A stretch of 64,000 bases of DNA from Camelus dromedarius. Lineage: Eukaryota. Below the pieces are notes generated by a model. That model searched no databases, was not told the origin of the DNA, and saw only the letters and a program-made list of their open reading frames with translations. This document shows positions 1-13,912 of this stretch, one piece after another. The position numbers and the translations under genes were made by a program. Location: NCBI RefSeq assembly GCF_036321535.1, contig NC_087436.1:33172001-33236000 (forward strand), read 5' to 3'. Each line of letters starts with the position of its first letter. Position 1 is the first letter of the stretch.

Positions 1-1104
1 GGAATCAGATATATACAGACTATGTGTATGTGTCTAGATACATTGTTTCCTAGCTTTGCTCTCTAAGAAGCGATAAAGCCCCAGTAACAATGAGCGCAGT
101 TAGTTTCGATATCTTGGTTTCTAAATACCATTCTCAAATTAAAGGAATGAGGCTAACTTGGAGAAGTGACTGATCCATGTCTGGGTAAGGAAATTTCAGC
201 GTAAACCTACATGTTGAAAGAACACAGGAACCAGCTTGAAGGAGCTCCCAATGACCACATATGGGGTGATTAGAGCAATGAAATAAATAATTGTAACTAT
301 GAATGTAATTAATAAAATAAAATAAAAATTGATGAGTTCATTGAGTTATAGGTAATTGAATAAATAAATTCATTAGAGGTTCTCTCTCTTGGAGTAAAAT
401 TCCATGTAATTAATGAAGCAGAAAGGATGGAAATTGAAAGCACTGTATGGCAATCAACACAGTAATAACTGTTGCATCAATGAATGCTAGAACTAGTTGG
501 AAAAACTATGAGACACAAGATTAATGCAGAGTCTCAAAATAGATACCTAAAAGATATTTATTAATTACACAGGAAAAATAATTTTTTATTATTTTTTTGG
601 CATAACCTGGTAGATACCATCTCAGTCAACCAGTAACAGACATATTGCTATCACTTGTCTCTTGATTTGATGCACTGAGAGGAGCACATTGTCACTTATG
701 TGGAATTCTTATCAAAACACAAAACCTGAATTTAATCATGCAGAACAAACTTACAACGAGGGCTTGTCTATAAGATAATTCTTCAGAAGTTTCAAGGCCT
801 TGAAACATAAGCAAAGAAAGAAGCACTGTTACAGATTGTAGAAAACTAAGGCGACATGACATCTAAATGCCATGTGAGATCCTTGGTTGGATACCAGATC
901 CTAAAAGGATATTAGTGGGTGAAGTGGTTTCTGTAGATTATTTAATAGTGTAGTATCACTGTTACTTTTCTGATTCTGGTGCTTTCCTATGGTTGTGTAA
1001 TAAGTTACCTTTTAGAGAAGCTTAGTGAAGGGTAAATGGGAATTCTTTGTAATATATTTTCAACCTTTTATAAGTCTGAAATTACTTTGAAATGAAAATT
1101 AAAA
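1..1104 (+). mobile_element. Ancient L1 (L1MC/L1MD-like) 3' region
   Basis: gatatcttggtttctaaataccattctc and the terminal ...atgggaattctttgtaatatatttttcaac...aagtctgaaatt...aaaattaaaa resemble L1MC/MD 3' ends. Confidence 0.7.
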
Positions 1105-4100
1105 GATTATGGTATGTGTAATGATAGCAGAATGTATATGTTCCAAATTAGCATATATGCTTGTGAGAATAATTTAGTCAAGAGGTTGTCAGAGAGTCAT
1201 TAAGGAGGGTGAAAGCTAACTGGTTTTGGAAAAAATTTTTTTATTTCTGTAGATGAGCAAAGATTTTAATATGCTAATTTGAACATTCCAGTAGGGAGAT
1301 AGAGAAAATAGCCCTTTTATCTGACTTTTTCTCATGGAACCCCTCACTGCTATTAAGTTCCACGGATGTACTTTATTAAATGCTAATGCAAACAGTGGTT
1401 AGCCAGGAGAGTGTTTTTAGTATAGAATTGACATAAAAAGTTTAACCTTTGTAGAAATTGAGTTCAATCACAATCACTTGCTCCAAAACATAAATATGCA
1501 TAATTGGGATCTCAGCTTGTGTCCAGACCTTCAGCCCATTGCTGGGGCTCACACATATCTGGGTATATTTGGTGAACTGACAGGATGGGCCCCAAAAGAA
1601 GGTCTTTGCACTGGGTTGAGGAGCCTCTGGGAAAAAAAATTTCATGCTTTTGCCACATCTGGCAAACTGACAATGTGGCAGGAAGGTAGTTTTGAAGACT
1701 CTCAGCAGAACAACAGTAACAGTGACAATGATGACAATGATGACAAACTAACTATACCAGAATCATGTGTCAGCACAATGGATTTAAGCGGAACAGGCCG
1801 AGTAGGAAGAATGGCAATGAACAGGCAATCCTTGGCTAGGGTCTGTGTTTAGATCCCAGTGATAGGGAAAGTTGAAATGAAACCTGAAAGATGCATTTCA
1901 CTACACTGAGTAAAACTCACCCACATCTCCCACCACTGTTCTCACAGAACCCTGCAGCTTCGGTCCCAAGTCCTTCAGCACTCCCAGGTGATGCCAGCAG
2001 CCAGAGCTTTACCCTTTCTCGCTCTTCCAGGTGGAGCATTGGCAAAGATGTCCAACCAATCAGCTACAAAGAATTTGATCGTGAGCATATTTGTCGCATA
2101 CCCCCCATATACCCCTCTTGTCGTATACAAGAGCGATCCCCAAATACATAAAGGTGGTTAACATTGAGGCATTTTGAGTTCTAGCCATTTTCTGAAACTA
2201 TTTTGATGATTGTTGCTTGGTGCTGGGAAGCCGGGCAGCAAGGGCCTCTTCTTCCCATTGCATCTGTAGGTCTATAGGAATTGGGTATGGCTCTTTGGTC
2301 TCAAGGCTGACTTGGCCTGCCCAGTTGAGGTTCAGTGAACAATAACTGATATTACACTTTTAAGTTAAATCTGAGCAAATTTGTAAAGTCAACTGAATGC
2401 ATTGTGATGGCAAACAAGTATACAACATAACCTCCGTAGCTAAAACTTGTTTTTGAATGTGCTTTGCAATATATCACCATCACATTTCATTTTACTCATG
2501 CAAAGTGAAGTTAATGACAGGTATAACTCCAGCTGCTTGTGAGGGCACATGTGTAGTATGTGGGAAGAGTGCTGGGAACATAGAGTAGAAAGGTGTGGGA
2601 TGACAGCATTTAAGCATTTGGCTTACCTTTTTAAAATTTGTTTAGTTATATTTTGTTAGTGATCCATCATTTGACCTTTCTATGCTACTTAGAGGGAGAT
2701 TTCGTCTAGATTTTCTTCATCAAAAACTGTATGTCTGTTACTCTGCCACAATTAGAGAGAGGCATGAGTCGTAAAATTTCGTTTTTAGGCCCTTTGGATA
2801 GTTGCCTTTTATAACATCCTCATTCCTCTAAATATATTCCAAGCTAGCCTGGATTTTCTTCTGTGGCTTTGCTATGGTTCTGTGTGCAACTACTTAGGAT
2901 ATACATATATTTTCAGTCACATGTCCTGTCTCAATTTACCTTTTCCTGGACAAATGAAACTTTTTGGTTGCTTAGCTACAGTACTATATACATTCTCAGA
3001 CCTAGAGTTTTAATGAATTTTTCCTTATATATATGTTTCATGTAAGTCCAATCCAAACAAAACACACTGTTCACTTTGCCACCGAATAGGAATTGACCCC
3101 AGCTAAAGAATACTTGGCCTCTTCTCTGTGTTAATAGGCTTTTATTAACATCCTTTTGGACCTTTAAGTTCCCTAGCTGAGAATTCTTCTTCCCAATGTC
3201 TTAAGTTTTCCTTGCCTTCAAGAAGAATAAGACAGCTGCCATTGAAATATGACTCTGGGCCTACTCAGTTGTCCACGCAGTCTTCTCACTGCTGGGGATG
3301 TTCCCATCCAACTCAAGAGTTCACTGCGGTCGCATGAAAATCTACCCAGGGTCTCAGGGAAGATGGGTGTGACTAAAACTCCTGAGATGGTTGATCCCAT
3401 CTGTTACTCCTGGGACTAATGAGTATTTGGGGAGAATAGTGGGAGGAGGAACTGAAAGCTACAATACAATCTCACTCAAACCTGGGTTGCATGAAAAGAC
3501 TAGTAGGAATAAAGATAGTCTTAAGGTAAAAAAAATACTGTCTTCTATCTTGACAGTTTTTCTAAGCTCTCAGTACATATTTCTGCTTCCATCTTATATA
3601 TCTGTACTTGTTTTTAAATTTCCACTAAGACAGTTATAGCAAAAGGAAAAATAATGACATATTCATGAAAAAGCTTCATAATTAAAAAAATAGTCTTTTA
3701 AATAGATCATTTTGTTTGGTCTTGAAAGTAACTATGTGAAATAAATAGGGATTTTATTATTATTGCTGCTTATTTTCAGGTCTGGATACTAGAGAATTTA
3801 AATGATTTGGTCATGCTCATATAAACACATATTAATAGGTTGTAGAGAAAATGAAATTGAGGTCCAGGTCTTGCAACTACACAAATTAGGACTATTCCAA
3901 CCATGCTCTGCTCATATTCCTCTCTACTGGCTCCTTCTCTTAGCTTATTTTGTTCTGATATTGTCCATATTTTCCCAGGGTGTTCAGTACACCTCCATAC
4001 TTGCTCTTTGTATGGTAGCTTCTTAATCCCTGTCTTTTAAATTCTTCATTCAAAACTTCTTTCATCATACCTTCAAAGAATTATAAAATTATAGGTCATT

Positions 4101-4514
4101 AATCTTGGAAGACACATACTTTAGTCCAAATCCCAAAGAATGTTTAATTTTTTTCTCCACAAAATCCTGGACATATGTTCTTCTGTCTTATCTTAAGTGT
4201 CACATTCAAATTTTCATCCTAGTCCTGCTACCAGGAGCTAACAAATGCTCGTTCTTTGTAGTACTCAAAGACAGATTTCATTTTCTAAAAGCTCTTTTCT
4301 TAATAGACTAAATAATATTAATTTTTATTAGTAATTTGTCTATATGTTTCAAATCAGCTAGGCATCTTTTAAATTCAAGTGACAACAAACTTGATCCAAA
4401 CTTAAACTTTAAAAAGGAATTAATTTTCTTGCACAACTGAAATATCTAGAATTAGGGCCAGTGACAGGACTGAATTGGTATAGAGGTTCAAAAACACTCC
4501 CATATTGATTATAA

Positions 4515-4700
4515 AAGGACAGCATGAAGGAATTTTGGAGGAATGGAAAGGTTCTGTATCACGACTGTGATAGTAGATACTTAACTCTATGCATTTGTCA
4601 AAGGCCATATAATTATATCAAAATAAACCATACAGAGTATATTTCATTGATGTAAATCTAAAAAATCAATTAGAATGTGGGGATAACCCAAATTGGGATG
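4515..4700 (+). mobile_element. Ancient L1M 3' UTR fragment
   Basis: ggacagcatgaaggaattttggagg...gttctgtatc...ctatgcatttgtcaaa motif. Confidence 0.55.
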
Positions 4701-6977
4701 ACATTTTTATGCCTACTGTAAAAACCAGCTATCTCCATACTATCCTTACAGTGGAATAATATAACACAGAACAAAAATTAGAATTTTTTCAGATGTAGCA
4801 GATGAATTTTCTAGTGTTGGATATGAAAGAAGCAAAGAGAAATATAAATGCTGTCTTTGAATATTAGTATAGAATATAATAGTCAAAGAACAAGGTATTC
4901 AATGGAGGGAAAATAATGGAAACTTCTTGCTTTGGATTTACTAGTTTGAATACATGGGCTTATATTTATGTGTGATATGATAATTACATTTATCTCGACA
5001 TATTTCAGCAAAAGAAGAACTAATCATTATTTAAACACCTAATGCAATTCCTAATTAGAACTCAATTCCTTGTGTTGAAATCTCAAACCATGTAAATTCC
5101 AGTATAATATTTTATGCAAACTGCAATTTTTGCAATTGTTAACTATTCATTTTTTTTTTATTTAGAAGAGAGTAAATTAAGTGTTTTCTCCAGGTTCTTA
5201 CATCTTGATTATTTGATTATACTCATTGACTCACTTTATTCAATTTCCCTCTAAGTATTTATGTTTGCTTTTCTTCCTGTCAACGAAAATAAAATTTAGA
5301 CATGGAGTAGTATTTATTGGCAAAAGAGTACAGAATTCTATTCATGAGAACCATAAACAGTCTATCTTAAAAATACTACTACATTGTACTCAGGTCAAAA
5401 TAAAAGCTTTTAGTGAATTATATTATCTCATTTTTTGCAAAGTCTTTATATCTAGGTGTTTGCAGCAGAATGGTATTATCAAAAGCATAGCTCACTAGAA
5501 TACTTAGAGCATTTTCTTAAAAACCAGCATTTACTGGCTAAAATACTTACCAACTCTTAAGCTGATTTAAGGATCAAAGCTGTATTTATTTTTAATTCAT
5601 CTAGTAAGCCATGCAAATCTTGAAGACACTATGTTTCTAATCACACTTCAAACGATGTCAGTCACTGCACTGGATTTTATGATGGCTAGGATGCTTTAAA
5701 ATCGTTGAAGATATAATTTCTTTTTTTTCATTAAGTCAAAGAAATTCTTCTTTTACATAAATATTAGAGTTAGACAAGCATCCAAAAAGCCCATTTGACT
5801 TGATTTTTTTTTCATCTTCATTTTGTGCTTCATTTATTCTCCTTTCTCATGCTTTTGACTGTAAAAATAAATTGCTTATTGAACATTCTGGTATAGTTTA
5901 GAATTTATGTTTTAAGTAACTTTTTCCATATGCTTGTTTTTGCCTCCATGAGGTCTCTTTGTCTCAACTTTCTTCACTCCTTACTCCAAAACTAAAGAAA
6001 AAAAATCTTTAGCTTTCCTTGTTATGTTTGGCTATAATGTGTAAAATCAGTCATTCTCAGCTCTCTCCTGTAAGTTCATAATTTCAATTAGCTTCCTTAT
6101 AAAATTTCCCTCCTGACTCCATTGCCCAGTTGAAATAAGTTTGAACTTCCCCGACTCCCAAGAAATGGGATGTGCAGGAAGACAGTGATTAAAGGATTAA
6201 AAAGAAACCTCTACAAATCCTATTTCTTCTTTGAAGAAAATGAGGTCAAGTTTTGCCATGTTTTCTGCCTGGCTTCAGAGTTCATGGCTGGCCGTGAATA
6301 TTTGATGATTTAAAATGGCTTTTGGCTCTCTCTTTTTAAAAACAAGGTTAGTTATGTGTGTCATATGAACTCCTGCATTTGTGGTAGCACACACTAGAAT
6401 TAAGGTTATTACTCTTTTTTCCATTACTGTATGCTGTCTTTGCTCAGAACTTTCTCAAGAATACTGTTTCTTGAATTGGAAGTTTTAATGCTTGGCCTCA
6501 GTGGCTGACCAATTACTGTTCATCTAAACTCATTCAGATCTTCAAAGACAGAATCAAAACAAATAATGGAGCATGGTAGAGACAAGGATGTTAATTCCCC
6601 TAAAATAAAAATAAATTAGGCAGTATCTGTGTAATCAAGGCAGAATGGGTTGTTACTGAAATTTACATTACAGTTTTCCAAAGCCTTTCACCAATGTCCT
6701 GTTAGAAGCAGAAATTAGGAAAAAGATGTGATCAAACTGTTGGATAATATACTGAGAGTAAAACTTACTCTATTTTTTTCATTTTTCTTCTGTTTTGGAA
6801 ATGAAATTAACATAAACTGCATGATTTAGGTGTGCATTTTATTTGACTCTAGAATTATTAATTAAATCTCTTCTCATTCATTTTTCTGACATTACGTCTG
6901 TTCCCTATGCCCTCTAGAAGATCACAGATGGTGGCTTAGAGATTTTATATCCACTATCTTCAATGTCCTTGGCAATG

Positions 6978-7372
6978 AGTGGTACTCTGGAGCCAGTTCA
7001 TTCTGGATCATGAGAGCTGACTGTTAACATTTTCAGGAATATGTGAGCAAATGTTAAACATAGCTGCTATTAAAAATAAATATATAAATATACAATAAAA
7101 TAAACCATATTAAAAGCAAAAATTATTGTTTCTTAATTATTTTACTATATGTTTCTGTGGTTATTTATGTCTAATGTATCTGGCACAAGGTAATGCTACC
7201 TTCTGCTGTGCTACTGTTCATTTATCCCTAACTCTGTTTTCAGTGATGTCATGTTGGCAGCTTGAAATTGGCCATGATGGGAGTATTTACACTGTGTAAA
7301 TGGAAATGCTGCTAATCAGAGCTTTCCCCCACATCTTTCACTCGAGAGGGTTTAAATTTTACCAGCCTATCT
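6978..7372 (+). mobile_element. hAT DNA transposon MITE, MER63-like
   Basis: agtggtactctggagccagttca...gagagctgactgttaacattttcaggaat and cagcttgaaattggccatgatgggagtatttacac resemble MER63. Confidence 0.7.
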
Positions 7373-7755
7373 CTGGATATAGTGTACCTTAAAAAAGAAC
7401 CTAGAACTTATTCAGATTCTTAACATTGCTTTATCCAAGTCTCATTTATCTTGACCTTTGATTGTCATATTTATGTGATTATTCTAGCCTTTCCAGGAGA
7501 AAAATATGGAAGTTAAACAGATATTAAGTAAACTTGTGTTTCTCTAGTCTCTATCACCATTCTAAAAACTGCTTCCAAATTCACCTAGAAGATTCAAGAG
7601 AATCAACTGATATACTACTAAAAAGAATAAAATAGTTCAAGAAATTTAACACAGGATCAAGATGACATTCAACTCATGAGGAAAAGGCTAGAATACTTTG
7701 AGTAATTAATATTGATTTGGAAAAACATAAAATTAATTTCTAAATCCTCAAAAAT

Positions 7756-8203
7756 TGTGAAGGGTCTGCAATTTCCCTCTGCATATAAGCTAACATGTTA
7801 GCCTGCTATAGTTTCATGGATGCTTGTAGAAGAAATGAGACTTAGATCAGTGATTAATTATATTTTATTACTCACTGCTTTCACAGTGGCTAGAGTGTGA
7901 TAATTTTTCTGTCCATTCCCCAGTGCTCAAATCCCACAGATTTTCACAAAGAGGGCCAGAAGCTACTTGCTATAAAGTGGGTTGCATTGCAGAGAGGGAT
8001 CTTTTTCCTAGGGAACTTATTCTTAAAGAATTGGTAGTAAACCTGCTTGTCCTTTGCCCAGGAAGGAAAAATTACCCTCCTATGCCAAGACTGCTTACTG
8101 TACCAGCATCCTTGGAGATAGTCTGGAACAAAGGGCAGTAACTGCCTTTCCAGTTATTATGACATGCAGATATGAGCGACTTATGGAGAATTGTCTCCTA
8201 ACA
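7756..8203 (-). mobile_element. ERVL solo LTR, LTR40-like
   Basis: TG...CA termini. Minus strand starts tgttaggagacaattctccat, includes cctttgttccagactatct and ends gacccttcaca. Confidence 0.7.
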
Positions 8204-8549
8204 CTGACTCCAAGTCATTTATACCTGCAAGAAATAAACACTAGGTGAATTAAAGACAAAAATATAAAAATAAATAAGGTAATGAGTAAGTGATACTGAA
8301 AATATTTTTGAAGAAAATAAAGCAGAAATGTTTTAGACTCTGTGCTAAGGAAATTCTTAAACAAGTGACAAATTTTCTTCTCAAAGTAAGAAAATACTGA
8401 TAAATGTTATTACATAATCATTTTTGAATTTAGAACAAGGTAAATTACAGATGACAGACTTGGAGAAATTATGTGCATTGTTAATACTGACAGTATTATG
8501 GCATTACTGGAAATACGGTATGGCGATGCATTAAAAACTGGCAAAGATT

Positions 8550-9003
8550 GAGAAAGAGAAAGAAAAATAACATATGAGATCACTCATATGTGGAATCTTA
8601 AAAGACAAAAAAACAACAAACAAAGCATAAATACAAAACAGAAATAGACTCACAGACATAGAATACAAACTTGTGGTTGCCAAGGGGGCAGGGGGGTGGG
8701 AAGAGATAGACTGGGATTTCAAAATTGTAGAATAGATAAACAAGATTATACTGTATAGCACAGGGAAATATATACAAGATCTTATGGTAGCTCACAGAGA
8801 AGAAAATGTGACAATGAATATATATATGTTCATGTATAACTGAAAAACTGTGCTCTACACTGGAATTTGACACAACATTGTAAAATGATAATAAATCAAA
8901 AAAAAATGTGGAAAAAAAAGAAGTTGCAGTATATAATATATACAATGGAATACTACTCAGCCATAAAAACTATAAAATAATACCATTTGCAGCAAAAAAA
9001 AAA
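8550..9003 (+). mobile_element. 5'-truncated young L1 (ORF2 end + 3' UTR) with an appended ~75-nt segment and second poly(A)
   Basis: Homologous to the reverse complement of 32545-32905. 17-bp TSD aaaaactggcaaagatt at 8533-8549 and 9004-9020, preceded by TT. Confidence 0.95.
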
Positions 9004-9089
9004 AAAAACTGGCAAAGATTAGATCCACAATATATACAAATTTCCTTTTAAGCAGTTAAAAGAACAAAGCAAAAAATAAGAAAAAAAAA

Positions 9090-9800
9090 CCCCAAGGTAA
9101 TATAATATAAGCAAAAGATATGATCAGTTTATTTACATAAGAAGTACAAAATGCCAATAACAAATTTAAGAGGTCTCACTGGAAATTAAATTCATGTTTT
9201 ATCTTTTTAATCTTTCAGTTTGGTAAATAAATAAACAAAGAGACAAATAAGTAACAAGTATTTCTGATAACATAGGGAAATGGGCGATGCTATATACACT
9301 TTTGGTAGGGGTCTAATTTATTATAGTCACTTTAGAGGGTAATTTGGCAGTATCTATTCAAATTTAATATTCACATATCTCAAGACCCAGTAATGTTTTT
9401 CATGTTTACTCTGGAGAAACACTTTCTATATCCCTAAGGATCTATGTACAAAAAAAAAAATTAAAAATTATTCATCATAGTGTAACATAAGAATAACCAA
9501 GATAGTCCAAAAAATGACCCAAATATGGAATACTATTAACAGCTGAATGTCTTCAAGACATATTATGTAGTGAAAATTGTAAACTGCAGGCTGATATCCA
9601 CACCATGATATCACTTATGGGTGTGGAGATAGGAAGGGGGAGAGAGGGCAGAGAGAGGGAGAGAATTGGAAGCAAACGATGTACCCGCACACTGGTATGT
9701 AAAAATGAAGTAAAAGAATACATAGCAAATTGGTAATTATAGCTGGCAGTTTATAGTCAAGAACTTTTTCTTTGCCTGTGTTGTTACTTTTTAATTTATT
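9090..9800 (+). mobile_element. Ancient L1ME-like ORF2 end / 3' region (fragments also at ~7560-7750 and 8205-8500)
   Basis: Degenerate motifs such as ggtaatttggcagtatct, gacccagtaat and atggaatactat. Confidence 0.5.
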
Positions 9801-10781
9801 TTATATTTTTATTTATTAACTGAGTAATGGATATTAGTGAAGTATTTACTCAAAAATACTTCCTGGCAAAATTATATTTTATCATATAAAGAGATAAAGT
9901 GTCCATATATTCACACATTTTGTTTTATGAATTCAGCTGATCCATCCTGGTAATTTTTTACCTGTGTATTCATCCTTGGACCCACCACCATCTTCAAGTT
10001 ACAGGTCATGAAATAACTGATTTATAATACAGGCGCTTATGATCCTATTCTGTTTTTTAGTTAATTAGAAAGGGAGAGAGAATGATAATGGAGTTGAGGA
10101 AAGTCATAAATATCACATCTATCTTAGTGACTGCTTATAGATCAGGACCTCAGCATTTACCTCTAGATTATAAGATAGCAGAAGGAGAATAAAATACATG
10201 TTGTATTAAAAAAGTAGAATGATTTAGTGATATTATAGTCGAGCCTTCCTTGATTTGTCAGCACCTTTGATTTTCATCTAATCCAATTATGGTTGATTCT
10301 GAGATTTCTTCTTTCCTGTAATGTGACTATTTTATTACCATCAGGATAAGTTAATAGTATGAAGTGACCAACAAGCTATTTTTGCTTTGCAAACATCTAA
10401 ATGACATTGTTTAATTTATTTGCTGGAGAAGTCATTCTTGTATTTTCCTGTAGGTGGTAATTACTTTAAAGATAATAATGGCAGGCATTAGATACAGTAG
10501 TGGTTTTAATGGTAAGAGAAAGTGGAACCAGAAACAGATGTCTTATATTATTAGATGATCAAAACCTTTATCCTAGAGCAATGATGGACCTTGGAAGAGT
10601 AGTTTTTATATTTTACTCTCACTGTTAATTATGCTTTGTTTGATTATGAGGCTAGTAAAACAAATGCAAAGTCTCCTAAAAGCTAGGAAATAATGGTTCA
10701 TTTAGCTTATATTATTCCTGATGAAGACCTGACAGAGCTGAAATACAAGACTTAGTTTTCATTCTTCTTTCTAATATAAAT

Positions 10782-10806
10782 ACACACACACACACACACA
10801 CACACA
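10782..10806. repeat. (AC)n microsatellite
   Basis: Read directly. Confidence 0.95.
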
Positions 10807-10819
10807 AAATTCAAACAAA

Positions 10820-13800
10820 TGAAAAAATATAGAGAATAATATGAATATTCATGTGTCTTTATCTAGGCTGTTAACATCTGAATTATGTACACTGTTTGCT
10901 TTTTAAAGATTATTTTAAAGCAAAAATCCAATTAATTTTATGTTTGAAATTACTCATGTGTCATTCCCTACTCTAAAATTTATCCTGTCTAGAGGGAAAC
11001 ATTGTTTGGGATTTGGCATTATCTTCCTACATGTTTCATACTTTTGTTCATATGTGTATTTCATAAAGAGTACATATATACTATTCTGTAAGTTTTATAA
11101 TTTCACATGAATTATATCATATTCCATGTATTCTTTTAAATTTTGCTTATTTCTTTTAATTCAATATTGCTTTTGAGATTTAGCAACGGAGTAAATAAAA
11201 ATGGAGTTCTGTTAGCCTCAGATCTTCTTTGATTCATCAAATAATCATTACAAATAAAGTGGAAGCCTTTGATATGCCCATCCTTCAAGAACCATTCTTT
11301 CTGTTCCTCCTGGAGATGAACACTATCATAAATGCTATGACCAGTCAAAATTACTTGCACTTCCACACATATATGTATGTAGAAATAAAAAGTTACATTC
11401 TTTTGTGTGTTTGCATATTGTAATTATGTGCACTTTGCATTTCTGTCATTATGAAATATTCTTTTTAATTCTAACGGTACTTTTTGGAATAAAGTCTGTT
11501 TTTATTTGTGTTTGTATTGCCGCTCCAGACTTCTTCTGTTTACTGTTTGTATAGTTTATCTTTTTCTAGCCTTTCATTGTCAACTTCTTTGTGCCTTTAT
11601 ATTGAAAGGCACATAGTATATAGTTGGATCTTGCTTTTTTAATTCAGTCTGGTAATCTGCTTTTTATTTGGAGAACTTAATCTATTTATATTTAATGTAA
11701 TTTTTGACATGGTTGGATATAGCTTTCTCATTTTACCATTTTTCTCTATATTGTCTAATTTTTAGTTCCTTTGATCCCTTTCTATCTTCATTTATATTAA
11801 TTAAATGTTTTAAATGTTCCATTTTATTTTAGCTTTAACTCTTTGTTTTATATTTAAGTATATTCTCTAGAAATTATAAAATGCATCCATAAGTTATCAC
11901 AGTTCAATTAGGATTTATATTTGTTGGGGAAGGTCATTGAAAGGACATGACTGCTAGTTGCCCTGTGAGCTGGACCTGGGCAATAGGAAGCCTTTCATCT
12001 CCTTCTCTGTCCTTGGAATGTGTGCTCTGTTTGCCTTCCCCATGTGGGATGTTGCCCATGGACAGAGGCTTGAGATAGTAATGTAGTGTTGAGACCATGT
12101 GGATGGTATATGTGATTGAACCCAGTTAAGGCGTCTGTATCAACTTTTAAAAATTCTGGCAGGCAAGTGTGGAGATCTACTCATTTTGTGTCCTGTGGCC
12201 CCACAATAAACCTCAGTATTTAAGTTCCCTTGCTTATTAAACCTGCCGCCTACTATCTAGAGTGGTCTGCCTCTCTTTTCAGTCTCTCTCAGCCTTTTGC
12301 ATATGGGGGTCATTTTCAGATTACACCCAGGAAGCTCTAAGGAGGTTGCAGAGGAGTGATAATGGACTACTTTATGTAGAGTATGGGAAGATTGTAGCAG
12401 TTTAATTTTATCTAAAATGCCCTCCTATCCTTTTTGATATGTTACCATATATATTAGGTTTATCTGTGTTAAAAATTATATAGTAAAGCATTATAATTTT
12501 GAATCAGTCATTTTTCTTTATAACAAAATAAAAATTGAAAAATGTATATCTCATATTAGTACATAAAATTGTCATTTTTTATTGTTTTATTCTTTCTTGT
12601 AGATTTGAGTTTCTATCTGATACGAAGTTTTATCCCTTCAGTCTTTCAGCAAGCAACAATGTTGACTAGAAATGGTGAGTGTATATACCCTTTTTATTTC
12701 TAAATTAATCAGATAGCTTCTAATGTTCCTTAATTTGAGTAATATTATTATAGGCTAATCAAGTTTATTAACTTAAAGTATTTCTGTGTTAGTTTACTAA
12801 GAGTTATTATCATAAATGAGTATTTAATTTATAAAATCTTGACTATATTTAGTGGGATAATCATGTTTCCCTTCTTCAATCTGTCAATATAGTGAAGGCC
12901 ATATCTAGAATTCTTAACTAAAGCCAATCTTTGTATTCCTAAGATAGAGACAACTTAGTCACTTTTTAATTATCGCTTTTCAATATAGTATGAAATTTGA
13001 ATCATTTTGGATTTTTATATTTATAATAATGAGTAATATGAATTTTTAATTTTCCTTTTTTAATACTATCTTTATTCTGGTTCCTTATTCATAAATAAAT
13101 TCTTTAGTAGTTCTATGAGTAACAAGATGTTAATGGCAAATTGTCTCAATTTTTGTTTGCCTGAAAGTACCTTAATTTCATTCTCATCTTGACTGATTAT
13201 TTTTCTTGGCATATATTAATTATTGGAAATTATTTTTCATCGCTTACTCCATTTTATTCTGGCTTCTACTGTTCTTTTGCAAAACCTATCAAAGTAATTT
13301 TATTTTTCATAATTCTTTCCTAGTAATTTATCTTTTCTCTCTACTTACTTTAAAGTTATTCTTTCTCTTGGGATTCTGTAGTTTTTACTACTGCAAATTT
13401 AGGTTTAGATTCTTACTCACTTATTACATTCAGTAATTGTCACCTCATGAAATAAGAATTTAAGCAGTCCCTTAAATGTTTTAATGTCTCAACCATTATT
13501 TTTTAAAATTTTTACTCTCTAAATTCTGTCTAGTTTTTCATTTTAGAAATCCTATTACTCAAAAGCTGGATTTCTTCATTCTCTCTCTGATGGTATTTAA
13601 CCTTTCTTTCCTGTTTTTTATTTATTTGTCTCCCTATGTTCTAAAACATGCTTCTATTTTACCCTCAAATCTCTCTAATATTTTTATGAGATATTTTGTT
13701 ATATTTTAAACTGATAATTGTATTTCATTAATTACTTAAAATATACTTATTTTATAGTTTTGTCTCAGACGATTACTAGTGGATGTACTTGGTGGTCTAA

Positions 13801-13900
13801 TTCTACTGGTGCTTTGCCTGCTGACTTTTTCTTATGGTGTTTTATAATTTTGGAATTGTGAGCTTGTTTTCAATATACCTTCAGCTGTGGAAATTCTGTG
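10820..13900 (-). mobile_element. Cluster of ancient L1M fragments interrupted by an LTR
   Basis: T-rich reverse L1 motifs, e.g. ataaagtctgtttt, atagttggatcttgcttttttaattcagtctgg, tctcaatttttgtttgcctgaaa. Confidence 0.55.
11922..12350 (+). mobile_element. ERVL-class solo LTR (subfamily not assigned)
   Basis: GC-richer ~430-bp island in L1, starting TG and ending CA, with aagttcccttgcttATTAAAcctgcc poly(A)-signal context. Confidence 0.65.
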
Positions 13901-13912
13901 AAGCTTGAAGGG

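Noticed and set aside
1478..1852. 124-aa ORF with an N/D-rich stretch
   Set aside because: TTG start; the low-complexity part comes from a degenerate trinucleotide repeat; no recognisable domain.
1891..2190. CpG-containing patch with short ORFs and a 7-bp stem (ctcttgt/acaagag)
   Set aside because: Short frames with no recognisable product; a 7-bp stem is expected by chance.
8531..8945. Similar short ORFs at 8598, 32582 and 50617 (SNSSVxHxFSVI)
   Set aside because: Antisense translations of the same L1 3' UTR, not a gene family.
12603..12674. Exon-like segment (ttgtag ... atg/gtgagt)
   Set aside because: Lies within antisense old L1, where cryptic splice motifs are common; no coding support.
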